A stretch of DNA of 64,000 nucleotides from the human T2T-CHM13v2.0 reference genome, Homo sapiens, in NCBI RefSeq assembly GCF_009914755.1, contig NC_060927.1; one strand, 5' to 3'. The notes beneath the pieces are model-generated. The model did not search any database, had not been told where the DNA came from, and saw only the letters and a program-made list of their open reading frames with translations. Every line of letters begins with the position of its first letter. Within the stretch, counting starts at the first letter, position 1. The position numbers were made by a program, and so were the translations under genes. Below are positions 27,551-40,182 of this stretch, piece after piece.

Positions 27551-28233
27551 CCTATTTTTCCTTTGTATTTCAATATTTCTCTTTGGGAAGTTTCTATTGA
27601 ACTTTCCTTGGCTGTGTCAAATCTACTCATAAGCCCATCAAAGGCATTTTTCATATCCATATATAGGATTTTTTATTTCCAGAATTTTCTTTTGTTTCTT
27701 AGAGTTTCTATCTCTCTGCTGACATTACCCATTACTGTTTCCTTTAAGGTCCTTAAAATGTTAATCATACTTATTTTAAAAAGATAATTCCAACATCTGA
27801 ATCATATCTAAGTGTTGTTCTGATGGTAGCTTTGTCTCTTCAGATTGTGTTTCTCCTCATCCTTTATCATGCCTTGTAATACTTTGTAGAAATCTACACA
27901 TGCATCAGGTAACAGGAACTGAGATAAATAAGTCTTCAGTGTGAACATTTATTTTAACCTTTCTAGGGGTAGGATTGTGTTTAATATTTGCTGTAGCTGT
28001 AGGTGCCAGAGACTTCAAATTCAGCTGATGATCTTATTTTTTTCTTTGGTCTCCCCTCTTGACTTTGTGCTTCCCTAAGTATGTACTTCTTTTCAAATAG
28101 AGAGCTTTTTCAGTTGTAATCCACTGTCATTGTGTTGAAACCTGATGGTATGGTGTTAAGATGTAGGAGAGATATTGCATGATTAAAATCCTCCAATTAA
28201 ATCTTAGTGGTTTTTTTTTTTTTTTTTTTGAGA

Positions 28234-29027
28234 TGAAGCTGTGTTGTTGTCTGGGGAAATACTGGAGGTTCATTGTCTCATGCCAAGGAAATCAAGGATG
28301 CAGAAACATAAAGAGTGCGCCTGAGAGTGGAAGTTTAGGCTGGACACGGTGGTTCACGCCTGTAATCCCAGCACTTTGGGAGGCCGAGGCGGGTGGATAA
28401 TGAGATCAGGAGTTCAAGACCAGCCTGGCCAAGATGGTGAAACCCTGTTTGTACTGAGCGAGACTCCGTCTCAAAAAAAAAAAAAAAAAAAAAAAGAACG
28501 GAAGTTTAATAGACAAAAGAAAGAAGAAAGCTTCCTTGTGCAGAGGAAGGGGACTGGAATGGGTTTCTAGCCTTGCAACAAGATGCAGCTGCTTTTACAG
28601 ATGAGCTTGAGGAGGCAGTGTCTGATTTACAAAGGGCACAGAGGATTGGTTGGACCAGATGTGCCATTTACATAGCACACAAAGAGGCTGGTCATCCAAC
28701 CCTGATCTTTTATTATGTAAATGGAGTTTTCTACCTGGCCTGCGCCATGCTGCCCATTTCTTTACTGCACATGTGGCGACAAAGAAAAGGGACCCCTATG
28801 TTGAATATACCTGACTTCCAGGTGTCCTTTTTCTATTGGCACAGCTGCCGGCATTCATCTGTGCAAGCTTCCACTTGCTTATCTATGCTTGCAGCTTGAT
28901 TTTGCAGGCTGCTTTTTGTTAGAAAAGAAATTATTTGGGGGGTGCTTTTTATTAAAAGGGAAACCTTGCCGAGGACTCTGTTACCTTCACTATCTGCCTA
29001 AATAATTTCTTTTTAGCTCCTGTGTCA
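28234..29027 (-). mobile_element. MER50-like ERV1 solo LTR
   Basis: Minus strand begins TGACACAGGAGCTAAAAAGAAATTATTTAGGCAGATAG; TG..CA termini; 4-bp TSD GAGA. Confidence 0.78.
28338..28494 (+). mobile_element. Internally deleted AluS inside the LTR
   Basis: Left arm joined to the last ~17 nt of the right arm plus polyA; TSD agagtggaagttta / agaacggaagttta. Confidence 0.88.
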
Positions 29028-30528
29028 GAGATAGGGTCTTGCTCTGTCACCCAGGCTGGAGTGCAGTGATGTGATAGAACTTCTGGGTCTCCCAAGAGGC
29101 TAGGGTTACAGGCACTTCCACCACCATGCCCCACTTAAATCTCAGTGTCTATATCCTGGGGCTATGACCTTCATGATCTAGCTTTTATCCCCCTATCTCT
29201 CCCTATTCCCTTCCCTGGCTGCAGCATCCGCATTGTATTTCCTTGAAACCTTGATTGCTGTTGATTTGTTTTCCCTTCTTAGGTGAGACCAGGAGGCTAA
29301 AGGGAGCTTCAGTGGGAGGAATGCCTCTACTGTGATAAACTCTTAGCAGAGTCTTTCTTTTGGAGTGTCAGCCTTTGTTAAGGAGAAGACTGAGCTATTT
29401 CACAATGATTACTCTTCCCTTCCACCTGCCAGAGCCATGAAAAAACATCTTTTCAGATGTTTACTGTGAGAACCTGGTGGGGTTCCTAAATATAAAGCCC
29501 TTTAAAGTGTGGGAGACCCCTACCCCTAAATATCCAGCTCCTAATAGTTTCTCACTCTCACAGTAATTCATACACAACCCGCAGCAATTCATTACATTTA
29601 CCATATGATGTTCCTATCAGTGTATGGCACCAGCTTCTTCTCTTCCAGGTAAGCAGATCTCAGGTGTGTCTCTCTGGATGCACCCGATGAGTCCAAGAAA
29701 AGTCATTGATTTTCAGTTGGTTCAACTGTTTCTTGTCATAGGCCAAGTATGACGTCCACGTTCTTTACATGTCAGAGCTGAACCAGACTCCTAAGCCTTT
29801 TTTTTTTTTTTTTAACTTTTTTCTTTTCTTTTTTGATGTTTAGAAGATATGGCAGTATTCCAGCACATGTTAAGAGTATCCTGGATGGGAGTATGGCAAC
29901 CACTAAAGCCAGTCTCTAGTCTTTTCAATTCCACCAAGTTCTTTGAAGAATGAAATGACTTTCTCCGGCAATCACAGCCTTGCAGAAAATCTGTGCTCCT
30001 CGAGCATAAATGCTAGTTGAAGCTAACAGGGACAGAGTTGATTAATGAAGTAAAGGTACAATGCTGCTCCTGTTAATACATGCAAAGTTTACATGTTCCC
30101 AACATCAACGGGCTTTTGCCTAACTGTGATATCTTCTCTGAGCTAGTAATCTAGGTTGAGGTACTTGAGGGGTTCAGAGTATACCACCCCAAAATATACT
30201 ACTCTGGCATAAGAATTGTTTTGAGCTAAAGGCAATTGAGGAAAAAACAGACACAGGACACACTCTCTGTCCTTCCTTTCTCTACTAGGAAGACTAGAAC
30301 AATTCTTAATCACCTGAGACAATGCTGGACTCTTATCAGCCCAGAGATGGCACCAGAGGAACCTATATAACTTTACTAAAAGAAATTTTATCTTCTATTA
30401 GTTTCAGCCCCTATATATAGCCCACCACAAGTTATAGCCCTTGGAAGGCTAAAAGTCTTTTCTCTTATGTCTTGCCATTTTTCTACAAATTTATTATTAT
30501 TTGCTAACGTACTATATATGCACAAGTT

Positions 30529-30758
30529 CTTTTTCTTTTTTTTTTATTTTTTTATTTTTCCTGAGACAAGGTCTTGCTCTGTCACCCAGGCTGCAATGCA
30601 GTGATGTGATCATAGTTTACTGCAGCCTCCAACTCCTGGCCCAAGGGATCCTCTAGCCTCAGCCTCCCAAGTAGCTAAGACTACAGGTGCACACCACCAC
30701 ACCTAGCTAATTTTGTACTTTTTGTAGAGATGTGGTCTTGCTATGCTGCCCAGTCTGG
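30529..30758 (-). mobile_element. 5'-truncated AluJ
   Basis: Alu reverse complement; TSD tatgcacaagtt / tatgctcaagtt. Confidence 0.85.
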
Positions 30759-30903
30759 TATGCTCAAGTTTAATCACCCCTTTGAGTCACTTGTCACTGA
30801 GGTTTCTCCCAAGTGATGTGCACTGCACATATTAATAAACTCTTTGTTTTTCTCATATTAATCTGTCTTTTGTGAGTTTAGTTTACAATGAACATAAGAT
30901 AGT

Positions 30904-31246
30904 GTCTTATTCTATTCGGGCTTTTATAACAAATTACCGTAGACCCAATATTTATTTCTCACAATCCTGGAGGCTGGAAGTCTTAGATCAGAGTGCCAGC
31001 ATAGTTAGGGTCTGGTAAGAGTCCTCTTCCAGTTTGCACAGTTGGCATCTCCTTGTATCCTCACATAATGTAAAAAGAACAAGCTAGCTGTCCAGCCTGC
31101 TCTTGTAAGGGCACTAGTCCCATTCATGACAGTTCCACTCTCATGACCTAATTACTTCCCAAAGGCCACAACCTCTAAACGCCATTATATTGGGATTCAA
31201 GTTTCAATATGAATTTTGGGGGAACACAAACATTCAGTCCATTGCA
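30904..31246 (-). mobile_element. MLT1A-like MaLR solo LTR
   Basis: tttatttctcacaatcctggaggctggaagtc...acacaaacattcagtccattgca; 5-bp TSD gatag/gatgg. Confidence 0.78.
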
Positions 31247-31679
31247 GATGGGTAAAGGGAAAAGATTTTTCCTTCCCTACATACTCCATTTGTTATCTAT
31301 TCTGAGGCTTGAGAATTTCCTACAAAACTGGTATGTTTAGATAGAGAAAGAGAAATTTTGCTAAATGATGCCTGTAAAGCTTAGCAGTTAGAAGTTTATA
31401 TATCTAAAATCCTAATAAGCCTATGTTGGATGATACCTTATAAATCCTCCCTTCTTTCATTTTGAGGGAAGGAGCTGAGTCTTAGAGAGGTTGAGCCACA
31501 TGTTCAAGAGTTTAACAAGTAATGGGGTCAGTAGAAGCCGTGTCTTTCTAACTCTAAAGATAATGGCAGCCTGTGTAAGACAGAGACTCTTAGGTTTTGT
31601 GTTGTCTCCTCTCTATGCTTCTTCCCTCTACCTCAAGACCTCTCCTACCAGAGCCTGTCTAAAGCCATGAATAGATGGA

Positions 31680-32155
31680 GCTTTTTCTATTGCTGCTGCA
31701 ACAAATTACCACAAATTTAGTGTCAAGTAATACATATTTTATGTTATAGTTCTGGAGGTCAGAGTCCAAAATAGATTACTAGGCTAAAATGAAAGTATCT
31801 GTAGGGCTGCAGTCCTTCTGGGAGCTGTAAGGAAGAAACCATTCTGTGGCTTTTTCTAGCTTTTAGAGGTCATCCACATTCCTTGGCTCATGGCTCCCTT
31901 CCTCCATCTTCAAAACCAGCAAGGTTTGGCTGAATACTTTTGAGGCTGCCGTCTTTCCAATTCTCTTGCTTCTGTCTCCTCCTGCACTTTTGAAGAGATG
32001 ACATTAGGTCCACCTTGAAAGTCTGGGATAATCTTCCTATTTTAATGTCAGCTGGGTAGCACCTTTAACTGTCGTTTGCTATACAACCTAACATATTCAC
32101 TGTTTCTGGGGATTAGCTATGGACATCTTTGGGAGACCATTATTCTGCCTGCACT
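31680..32155 (-). mobile_element. MLT1D-like solo LTR
   Basis: ttctattgctgctgcaacaaattaccacaaatttagtg...ggacatctttggg...cattattctgcct. Confidence 0.75.
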
Positions 32156-33604
32156 AGAGAGAGATAGAGAGAGAGAGAGAGAAATTCCTCTCTCAGCATA
32201 TGGTTGGGGAGTTGATATATTAATGTATAAGTGAGAAATTAAAAAAAAACTGCTGGTAAATAAGACAGTATAGGACAATTAATTGATTAGATTCAGGTTA
32301 TAGTCATTGGAATAGAGAGAAGGCACAGATCTAAGTGCACTGGATATATCCAAGAAAGTTACATCTATCTGGGTAATAAAGACTGCATAGCTATTGGATG
32401 AGGCAGGAAGGGACCGCAGTGAAGTGAGGAGCAGTTAGGAAAGAAGGCATCATGCGTACAGCATAGGGATGGAACCAACTCTAATGAGTTAGGTCATGTT
32501 GATAAATAGCAAGAAAACTGTGGATAGGAAGGGTAAGATGAAATTCTGTTTACTCTTAAAGCTAGACAGGGAATTCTTATGGAAGGATAAGTTTTAAAAA
32601 TCCAAGTAAATGGTACATGAATTCTCCTTGGCTTCAGAGCACATGGACAATGATTAATTGCAGCAATATCATATGAAATCACCATTCTGTAGGTCAAAAA
32701 TTGTCAAATATCTGCAATTTCTTATGAATCACCTTAAAAGAAGTGTAGAGGCTCAATATTACTCTAGAAATAGGGAGGGAGATTCAATGATCAGAAAGTT
32801 GTTCTTTAAAATCACCACAAGAGGGTGGTAAAGAATTATGCTTTATATCTGCACACCTGCAGAATATTGGTCTTTCCACACACAAAAATAATTATTTAAA
32901 TGTATGTAAGATGGAGCTTTGGAGATGTTTTTGTTTCTAATTTGCTGTTGTTAATCATATTTAAAATAGCATAATTTGGCATCCACAAAGTATATTGGCT
33001 GCTAGCTGGACGTCTTCAATGCAGAGAACACCAGTTATATGCACATATCTCAATCTTCCATATGTGTATGAATGCGCTTAAAATGCAACAGATTCATACA
33101 TATATTATAAGCACCTCGTCACTGTCAAACTTCTAATCTATGATGATGAATTAAATAGAATTTTAAATGGAGAAATCTGTATTTTAAATTCATTTCCCTA
33201 TCTTGTTTATGAAATGAAATATTGAAATGAATTTAGGGGAGTGGTCCTGTGGTTCATGTTCAAATGTTAGTCAGGCTACGGCTGTTTACCATTCTCAGTG
33301 ACCTTGATTGAATTGCTCAACTCAGCTGGGAACTGAATTGTGTATTTAGAGGATTAAGCAGTGCTGCCTGACATTTTAGAGTTAGACACACCTACTATAA
33401 CTTGCTTTGGCATTAACGCTGGGCTTCTCTTGAATTAAAATGGCAACCTCCATTCTGCAAGTGAAGGTCTCAGGGACTTGAAGATATGTTTACTCTATCC
33501 AATAACATGGGTATTGATTTCTGATTTCTTTTTTCATTTCCCTTCTTTATAACTTAAAATTCCCAACATTTTAGTAGAGATGTATTTAATCGGTAGTCTT
33601 TGAT

Positions 33605-34145
33605 TATTATATGTGCACCTGTGTCTGCAAGTATATCTGTACGTGTGCCTGTGTGCATGTGTGCATGGATGTATATGAGTGTCTGCATGCCTGCCTTGTG
33701 ATATGTGAGTGAATACTTATCCAATGTGTGTGCATCTCTGTGTTTGTTTTGTTGTGTGTTTTCCTATGTGCATTACATAAGTGTGTGAGGGTTGGGTGTC
33801 TGAGAGTCTGTGCATGTGTGTCTACAGGAAGTACATATGCACATATGGCACACGCATTGGCATACATTGTGTGATGTGCACTTGTGTACATACACGTTTG
33901 TGTGTGGGTGTGAGATACACATTGTGGTGCGTTCATGTGTGATGTGTGTGCACAGGCATGTGCAAGAGTGTGCTGGTGTGTGTGCATGCATGTGTGTGTT
34001 CCTAATGTGCATGTGTGTGTGTCTGCATGTGTATTCGAGATTTTGGTAGGCAAGTAGGGAGATCTCAAATTGAGTGTCTGTGTGTGCATATGTGTATATA
34101 TGTGCCTGTTTGTATATATGTGTGTGTGTGTGTTGTGTGTGTGCA
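33605..34145. repeat. Long degenerate (TG/CA/TA)n low-complexity tract
   Basis: About 540 bp dominated by purine-pyrimidine alternation. Confidence 0.85.
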
Positions 34146-34348
34146 TAAAGATAAAGAGCTAGATACATTGTCTTTAGAACCGTATTCACAGTTGAGCGCC
34201 TTTCTCTGAGCCAGGAGAAGGCAGTGTGCTCCTTGTACCCTCTCTGAGTTTAACAAGGGAAAGCTTTGAACTTTCAACTCTAGTGCTGGAGCTGCTACTC
34301 CTTTTGCCTTTCCCTCTTCCCCCATAACACGTCTATTTATGTATTGTG

Positions 34349-34481
34349 TGGGAGATATACCTAATGCTAGATGACGAGTTAGTGGGTGCAGTGCACCAGC
34401 ATGGCACATGTATACATATGTAACTAACCTGCACAATGTGCACATGTACCCTAAAACTTAAAAGTATAATAATAAAAAAAA
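34349..34481 (+). mobile_element. Very short young L1 (L1PA2-type) 3' end
   Basis: gggagatatacctaatgctagatgacGAGttagtgggtgcag...ccctaaaacttaaaagtataataataaaa; GAG rather than ACA/ACG at the diagnostic site. Confidence 0.92.
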
Positions 34482-37400
34482 GAACCCATTTTAAACCCAC
34501 CAACCTCCCCTTACTTTTCACTTACTCTGTGTAAAAGCTCTGTAGTCAAGATTAAGAGCACTTTAAGAGCATAGGTGATTCGTCAGGGTATGAGAACTAT
34601 GATTCAGGTATTTATTTTCATCACTTCATACCTTTACTTTCTCTAGTATTTGACAGTTTGGGCTCTCGGGTAATATCATAAATGACTTTGAGTTTCTTTG
34701 GAGAAGAAAAGTGTAAAATAGACTTTGAAATGATCTTTTTATTAATGTGACCATTTCATTAGCCACGGCAGATTTCTTTTAAGAATATATTTTCAGTGAA
34801 TCTTTTAAAGTTCATTTTATGCCTGCCTTTATTTAAACTCGATATTCTTTGGCAAAAATGCCGGAGTAGACTTTGCAAGTCCTGTTTTCTTGGAAACAGA
34901 TGATTTCTCACCTTTGAGGTTTGTCTTGAGAATGTGTTCTCTGATCTTCTTAGAGTTTAGTGCATAATCAGTTTTTCTTCTTTTTTTCCTGGCTCAGCAA
35001 ATTTTCCAAGCTAGCTTTTTCTAGTTTTGGAGTATTTGGAAAAGAGCAGTGACTTTCTAGTCAGGGAGGCTCAAGGTCACATCTGGAGCCAACCACATGT
35101 CAAGTTTAATCTCCTGGCCTTTACAACTATTAATATTTACTCATGATGTCTTCTGGACATCTACAAAATTTTAGTCCACACTGTACAATTAGGAAACAAA
35201 TTATATACTTCTTTTTTAATCTATTTTTTTTAACAGGAGTGGCTTTGGTTTCTTTTTTTAATGTATTCCTTCTTACTGTTATATAGTAGGCTTGCCATAA
35301 ATTTCTACTGTTAGTCCTTGATATTTTATGAATAAAAAATTTTAAAAGCTGATAGTTTCTCAGATAATTTATAGTTGAAACATGTTAATGCCATCGATTT
35401 GCTGCATAAGAACCAGAACACCTCACCACCACATCACCCAAAATGTAAAGTTTATGCTTCAAAAGAAAGGGAGTAAAGCTGTTGGCTTTAAATATATAGA
35501 GACTACATAAACATTTCTTGCAACATTTGATTTACCTACATAATGTCAAGTATTTGTTGGCATCATGAAAGACAAGATTTTGGGGGATGAGATATGACTC
35601 AACCTACAGAAGTTTCTAGAAATGCCAAGATTTTCAAATTATTATTATAACTACAAAGAAGCATAGACATTCAGGTGATTTTTAACTCATATTTAATAGA
35701 CATATGAGCTATTCCTCTGAAAGAAATGCTGGAAGACTATGTTTATCAGTTGACAGTGTCAAAATTAGGGTCTAAAATGTGAATCAACAGGACTCCTCAA
35801 TTATCAGCTTGTTTTGTTCTTCTTGATCCATGGCTATTATCTCTGTTCTTCCAATTCCACTTCAGGATTTGTTAGTGCATATTCTCTCCCCTTTGAGATT
35901 AATCCATCCTTGATTTCATTGTCTTCTCATTCCCCTCTTATATGCTATAGCTGATCTGGCAGCGTGATTTCTGTCTGCCAACTGAATTCACATGCATTTT
36001 CCAAAGTCAGTTCAATTAGCTGATTTTGATCAGTTTATTGTATGCAAAATAGTCTTAGGAACTGTAGATACACAAGGACAATTCTCTTCCCCATACTTAA
36101 TATGGTCATAAGCCTTTGGTTGTATACAGAAAAACTGGAAGAAGATCTTTAGGCTTCAATTTATTTCACCATAAGACTCAGCAGCTCGGTGTAGTACTCA
36201 ATGAGAAAATAAAAACATTTTTAATACAAAAAAAGTACCTGTTTCTTTCACTGCTCTTTGGATTGCCTACTCTTAATGTTTCATCTCCATGTTTACACAG
36301 ATTAGCTGATCAAAACAGGAGTGATGACCAACTAGTAAATGTATGATTTTGTGTTTATCCAGTCATAGCTAATTCTACTGTAGGTATTACTGAGTCCACA
36401 TGGGACTGTGGGCTTGTGACACATTGACTGCAGTTCTTCAAGAGCCAGGAAATCTTCTCTAACTCAAATTCACTCTTCTGCTTTATGAACAGAAAAGCCA
36501 ATGATAAATTATATAAGAAGATGTAACAATAAATTTGGATAGCATGCTTGACTACAAAACATTCTGGGTGAGGTTCAGTGTCGCTGATAAGGTGCAGAGA
36601 AAGTTGTGGAGAGACTCATGGCTGCTTCATTACTTCATGGGCAACTTGCCTAAGCTTGTCTTCCCTTTGTTTGAGATTTAATTCAGCCTTACTCACTTTA
36701 TGTCACTTCTCTTTAGCCAATTCCATTCAATAAACAGATATTGAGCAACCATCAGATGCCAGACATAACCATATGTTCTAGACAGCAGCTAATATACTAT
36801 CTGGTAAATAGTAGTAGTACACTGTAAATAGTTGAGATTAACAACTGTGTGAAAAGTGAGTAAACAAATGTATAGTTTTTCAAACATGGAGATATTCCCC
36901 TATTTGCCTCTCACTGATTTGGGGATATAGCTAACATTTCTGGCCCCATAGTTGGACTTTCACTGAGGGGTCATTCTTGCTGACTCTCTGGACCCTCTGT
37001 GCCTATGTAGCACTTTGGTGCCTGTCTGTTGTCTTCTTAACAATATTCCACTTCCCTGCTCTCTTGGATCCTTGTAGCTCCTTTCCATGTAGATGGAATA
37101 CCATGCCGGGATCTTCTTTGCCAAATAATTCTGTAGTCTCTAAAATTATTGACTTCAGATTTAGTGCACAACAAATAAAAGCCTGAGTCACTCATTTGTT
37201 GACTCATTCATTAATTTGTTTTTCAAGAAAAATAATAAGCTTCTACCAAATGCTAGGCCATACTGCAAAAAGGGAACCCACACTTAACAAAAAGCAGTTC
37301 CTACACTGAAAATGGACACAAGGACAAGGAAACTGGTAATTATCAAAAGACAGCCTGACTTGAGCACTAAAAAACTATATTGTATGAAAACCCATCCCTA

Positions 37401-38330
37401 AAGTCTCCAAAATGGCCACATATTAGAAAAGTATCCAATGCATAATAATTTCATTGAATATTTGCCAAATAACATCTTCAGATGGACAAAAATGTCTATT
37501 CTATTAAGTCAATACAAAATAAATAGTGTCAAACAAAGAAGTGATAGTGATTGGAATGACAAGAATTAGATCAAAATTTTAAAAGTGGTATTTTAAGATG
37601 TAAATGAACTCAAACTAAGCTAGTAGCATTAATAAGACAGAAATTCTAGGAGACTTGCTTAAATAAGGAGGTAATAATTATTTTAATTAATTCATAAGCT
37701 TTTGAAATGGTGTCTCTAAAGTGATAACAAATGCTTTAAAAGAGTTTGCTTTCCTCAATAGGTTTTATAAAACTCTGTTGAGTAGGTAATGCCCGTTAAA
37801 GGTCACTCCAGCCATTCCCCACGATCATAAACTTCAAATGAGTACCTTCTAAATGAATGAAATTTTACTGTGAAATAATTCTGCTTATTTCTGCCAGGCT
37901 TCATGAATGCTTTGAAAAATTTCAGGAACCCAATCCTGATAAGCTACTAGGAAGTCAACTTCATTATGCGGTTATGGTCACCAATTTTTTTCCTGGGAAT
38001 GACATATAAAACCTCTCATCTGAGCAAAATGAGGCAGATTAATGTTGCATAAAACATATACAGTCTGGATTACAAAATCGCAAAAGCTATCTCTTGGCTA
38101 GAGAAGCCTTCCCTCTTTAGATGCCTGTACGTTTCAAGAGAAATTTCCCCAGAGCTTAATTCCTGTTACAAACAAAAAATTCTACATAATAGAAATAAAC
38201 CTTGATATAAGGAAATTTTAGTCAGCTTTGCTTGCTGGCTATGAAATATAAGTATAAATTATTACTTTAATTAACCTTTTGCCTATGCCAACTTTATCTT
38301 CAAAACTAAATAAATATTCTCCTCACAAGG

Positions 38331-38709
38331 TGATATGGTTTGGCTGTGTCCTCACCAAAATCTCATCTTGAATTGTAGTTCCCATAATCCCCATGTGTCA
38401 TGGGAGGGACCTGGTCGGAGGTAACGGAATCATGGGGACAGTTACCGCCATGCTGCTTTTCTCATGATGGGGAGTGAGTTCTCACAAGATCTGATGATTT
38501 TTATAAGGGGCTTTTCTCCCTTTGCTCAGCACTACTTCTCCTTCCTGATGCCATTTGAAGAAGGATGCATTTGTTTCCCCTTCTACTATGATTGTAAGTT
38601 TCCTGAGGCCTCCCCAGCCCTGCGGAACTGAGTCAGTTAAACCTCTTTCCTTTATAAATTACCCAGTCTTGGGCAGTTCTTTATAGTAGCATGAGAATGG
38701 ACTGATACA
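38331..38709 (+). mobile_element. THE1C/D solo LTR
   Basis: tgatatggtttggctgtgtcc...gactgataca; perfect 5-bp TSD CAAGG. Confidence 0.9.
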
Positions 38710-39434
38710 CAAGGTTCTCAAAATAAATTGTTATGAGAATCACTAGACTTGGGAAATTATGCCAAAATCAGTTTCAGGAAATAATTATTTTAAAGTAAAG
38801 TGTTAGAAATGGTTGGCAGGTTTGCAGGGTCAGTGTCCACATTGGAAGCTGCTGCAATGTGAAACCAATTTGCTCTTCACTCATCTCCTCATCTCCCATC
38901 TCTTCCTCTTCTGCAATGCATCTCCTAATCCTCCTTAAATATAGTTTTTATTCTGTCACTCTCCCACTAAAAATCTTTCAACTGCTGAAAGGACATATTT
39001 TGAGCTTCCATTTATGTACTTAACACATCTTTCCAAGGAGAGGATTGGTTTGGATGATCAACCCTTAAGGGGTGAAAAGGGTAAGTATAGATAATAAAGG
39101 GTTACTTCCTATTTGGAATCCACATGTACAGACAAGCTACTGCAAGATTAGCTTTTAGAGACCCCAGTAGGATTAAGAATAACTGGGGTGTGTAGAAGAC
39201 AAAGGAAGTAATATGGTCTCCTCTCCTGGCAACATCTCTGGGGAGGTACTAACAAGCATGTAAGTGTTTCCTACAGGCAAGAAGCTGTAGCGGGGGTGAA
39301 GAGGCTGCAAGTCTTCAAAAATTCACAAATTGGATTATCAATTCTTAAGGAGTCGGCCATTGTAGCAAACCATGCCTTGAGGCATAGAGTTGAAATGCCA
39401 CTTAAAGCAGGAGTGAAGAAAAGCATTCCTTTTG

Positions 39435-39678
39435 AGAGGCAGTATTGCATAGGGTCAAGAGCATGAACTGTATTAGCACACTGTCTGGGTTTGAATTTCA
39501 GCTCCATTGTGAACTGACTCTCTGGACTTGGGCAAGTTATTTAAGCTCTCTACTTCTTAGTTTCCTCATGTATATAATATTGATAAGAAAGTTAGCTTTG
39601 TTCTACTGAAGAGATGTAAAATACTTAGAAGAGAGCCCGGTATATGGTAAGCACTATGCAATTATTTGCTATTATTGG
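39435..39678 (+). mobile_element. MIR
   Basis: ctgggtttgaatttcagctcca...cttgggcaagttatttaa...agtttcctcat core. Confidence 0.7.
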
Positions 39679-39934
39679 AAAATATTTATTTGGTGCATAT
39701 TGTATGATAAGAACTGTGCTGAAAATTGGGGATAAAATGGGGAGGGATTCAAATTTCCTGTCCTAAAGACTCCTATTCTAATTAGGGCACTTAAACTACA
39801 AGGTGGTAAATGCTAAGATAGAGGAGGATATAATATGCCACAGAAGCTCAGGGGAGGAATACTGAAAGCAAACAGAGAAGATTTCTTTCAAGAAGGGATA
39901 GCCTGAAACTCACCATAATGCTCAAGAAGCCCTT

Positions 39935-40182
39935 GACCAACCTCTCTTCATTCTTCCCCGACAGTCTCTGGTTAACCACTGTTCCACTCTGCTTCTATGA
40001 TACCAACTCTTTTTTTTTTTTTTTTTTTTTTTAGATTTCACATGAGTGTGATTATTATTTGTCCTGCGTCTGGCTTATTTTACTTAACATGATGTGATCC
40101 AAGTCTATTCGTGTTATCACAGATGATAAGATTTCATTGTACCCCATATATACAATGTGTCAATTAAAACAAAATTTTTAAA
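39935..40182. mobile_element. L1MA-type 3' fragment, apparently with an inverted segment
   Basis: Minus-strand L1MA sequence (ttagatttcacatgagtg...tggcttattttacttaacat) joined to plus-strand gtaccccatatatacaa...tcaattaaaa. Confidence 0.55.

Larger units (their letters stand above)
28210..29134 (-). mobile_element. Old Alu right monomer (FRAM-like), split by an LTR into 28210-28233 and 29028-29134
   Basis: Removing the LTR restores ttttgagatagggtcttgctctgtcacccagg; 13-bp TSD ttaaatct(t/c)agtg at 28197-28209 and 29135-29147. Confidence 0.8.
27550..29790 (-). mobile_element. Old L1M 5'/ORF1-region fragment hosting nested insertions
   Basis: T-rich L1M-like sequence on both sides of the 28.2-29.1 kb stack; subfamily not determined. 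Confidence 0.5.
30166..31281 (+). mobile_element. MER34-family ERV1 solo LTR, interrupted by an AluJ and an MLT1A-like LTR
   Basis: tgaggggttcagagtataccaccccaaaatat ... aataaa ... ccttccctaca; 4-bp TSD TACT. Confidence 0.75.

Noticed and set aside
26891-27632. Alu-derived ORFs here and elsewhere (LECSG..., SASQVAG...)
   Set aside because: They are standard antisense Alu translations with no evidence of a gene.
33607-34189. His/Thr-rich 179-aa and 138-aa ORFs
   Set aside because: They are translation artefacts of the (CA)n-rich tract.
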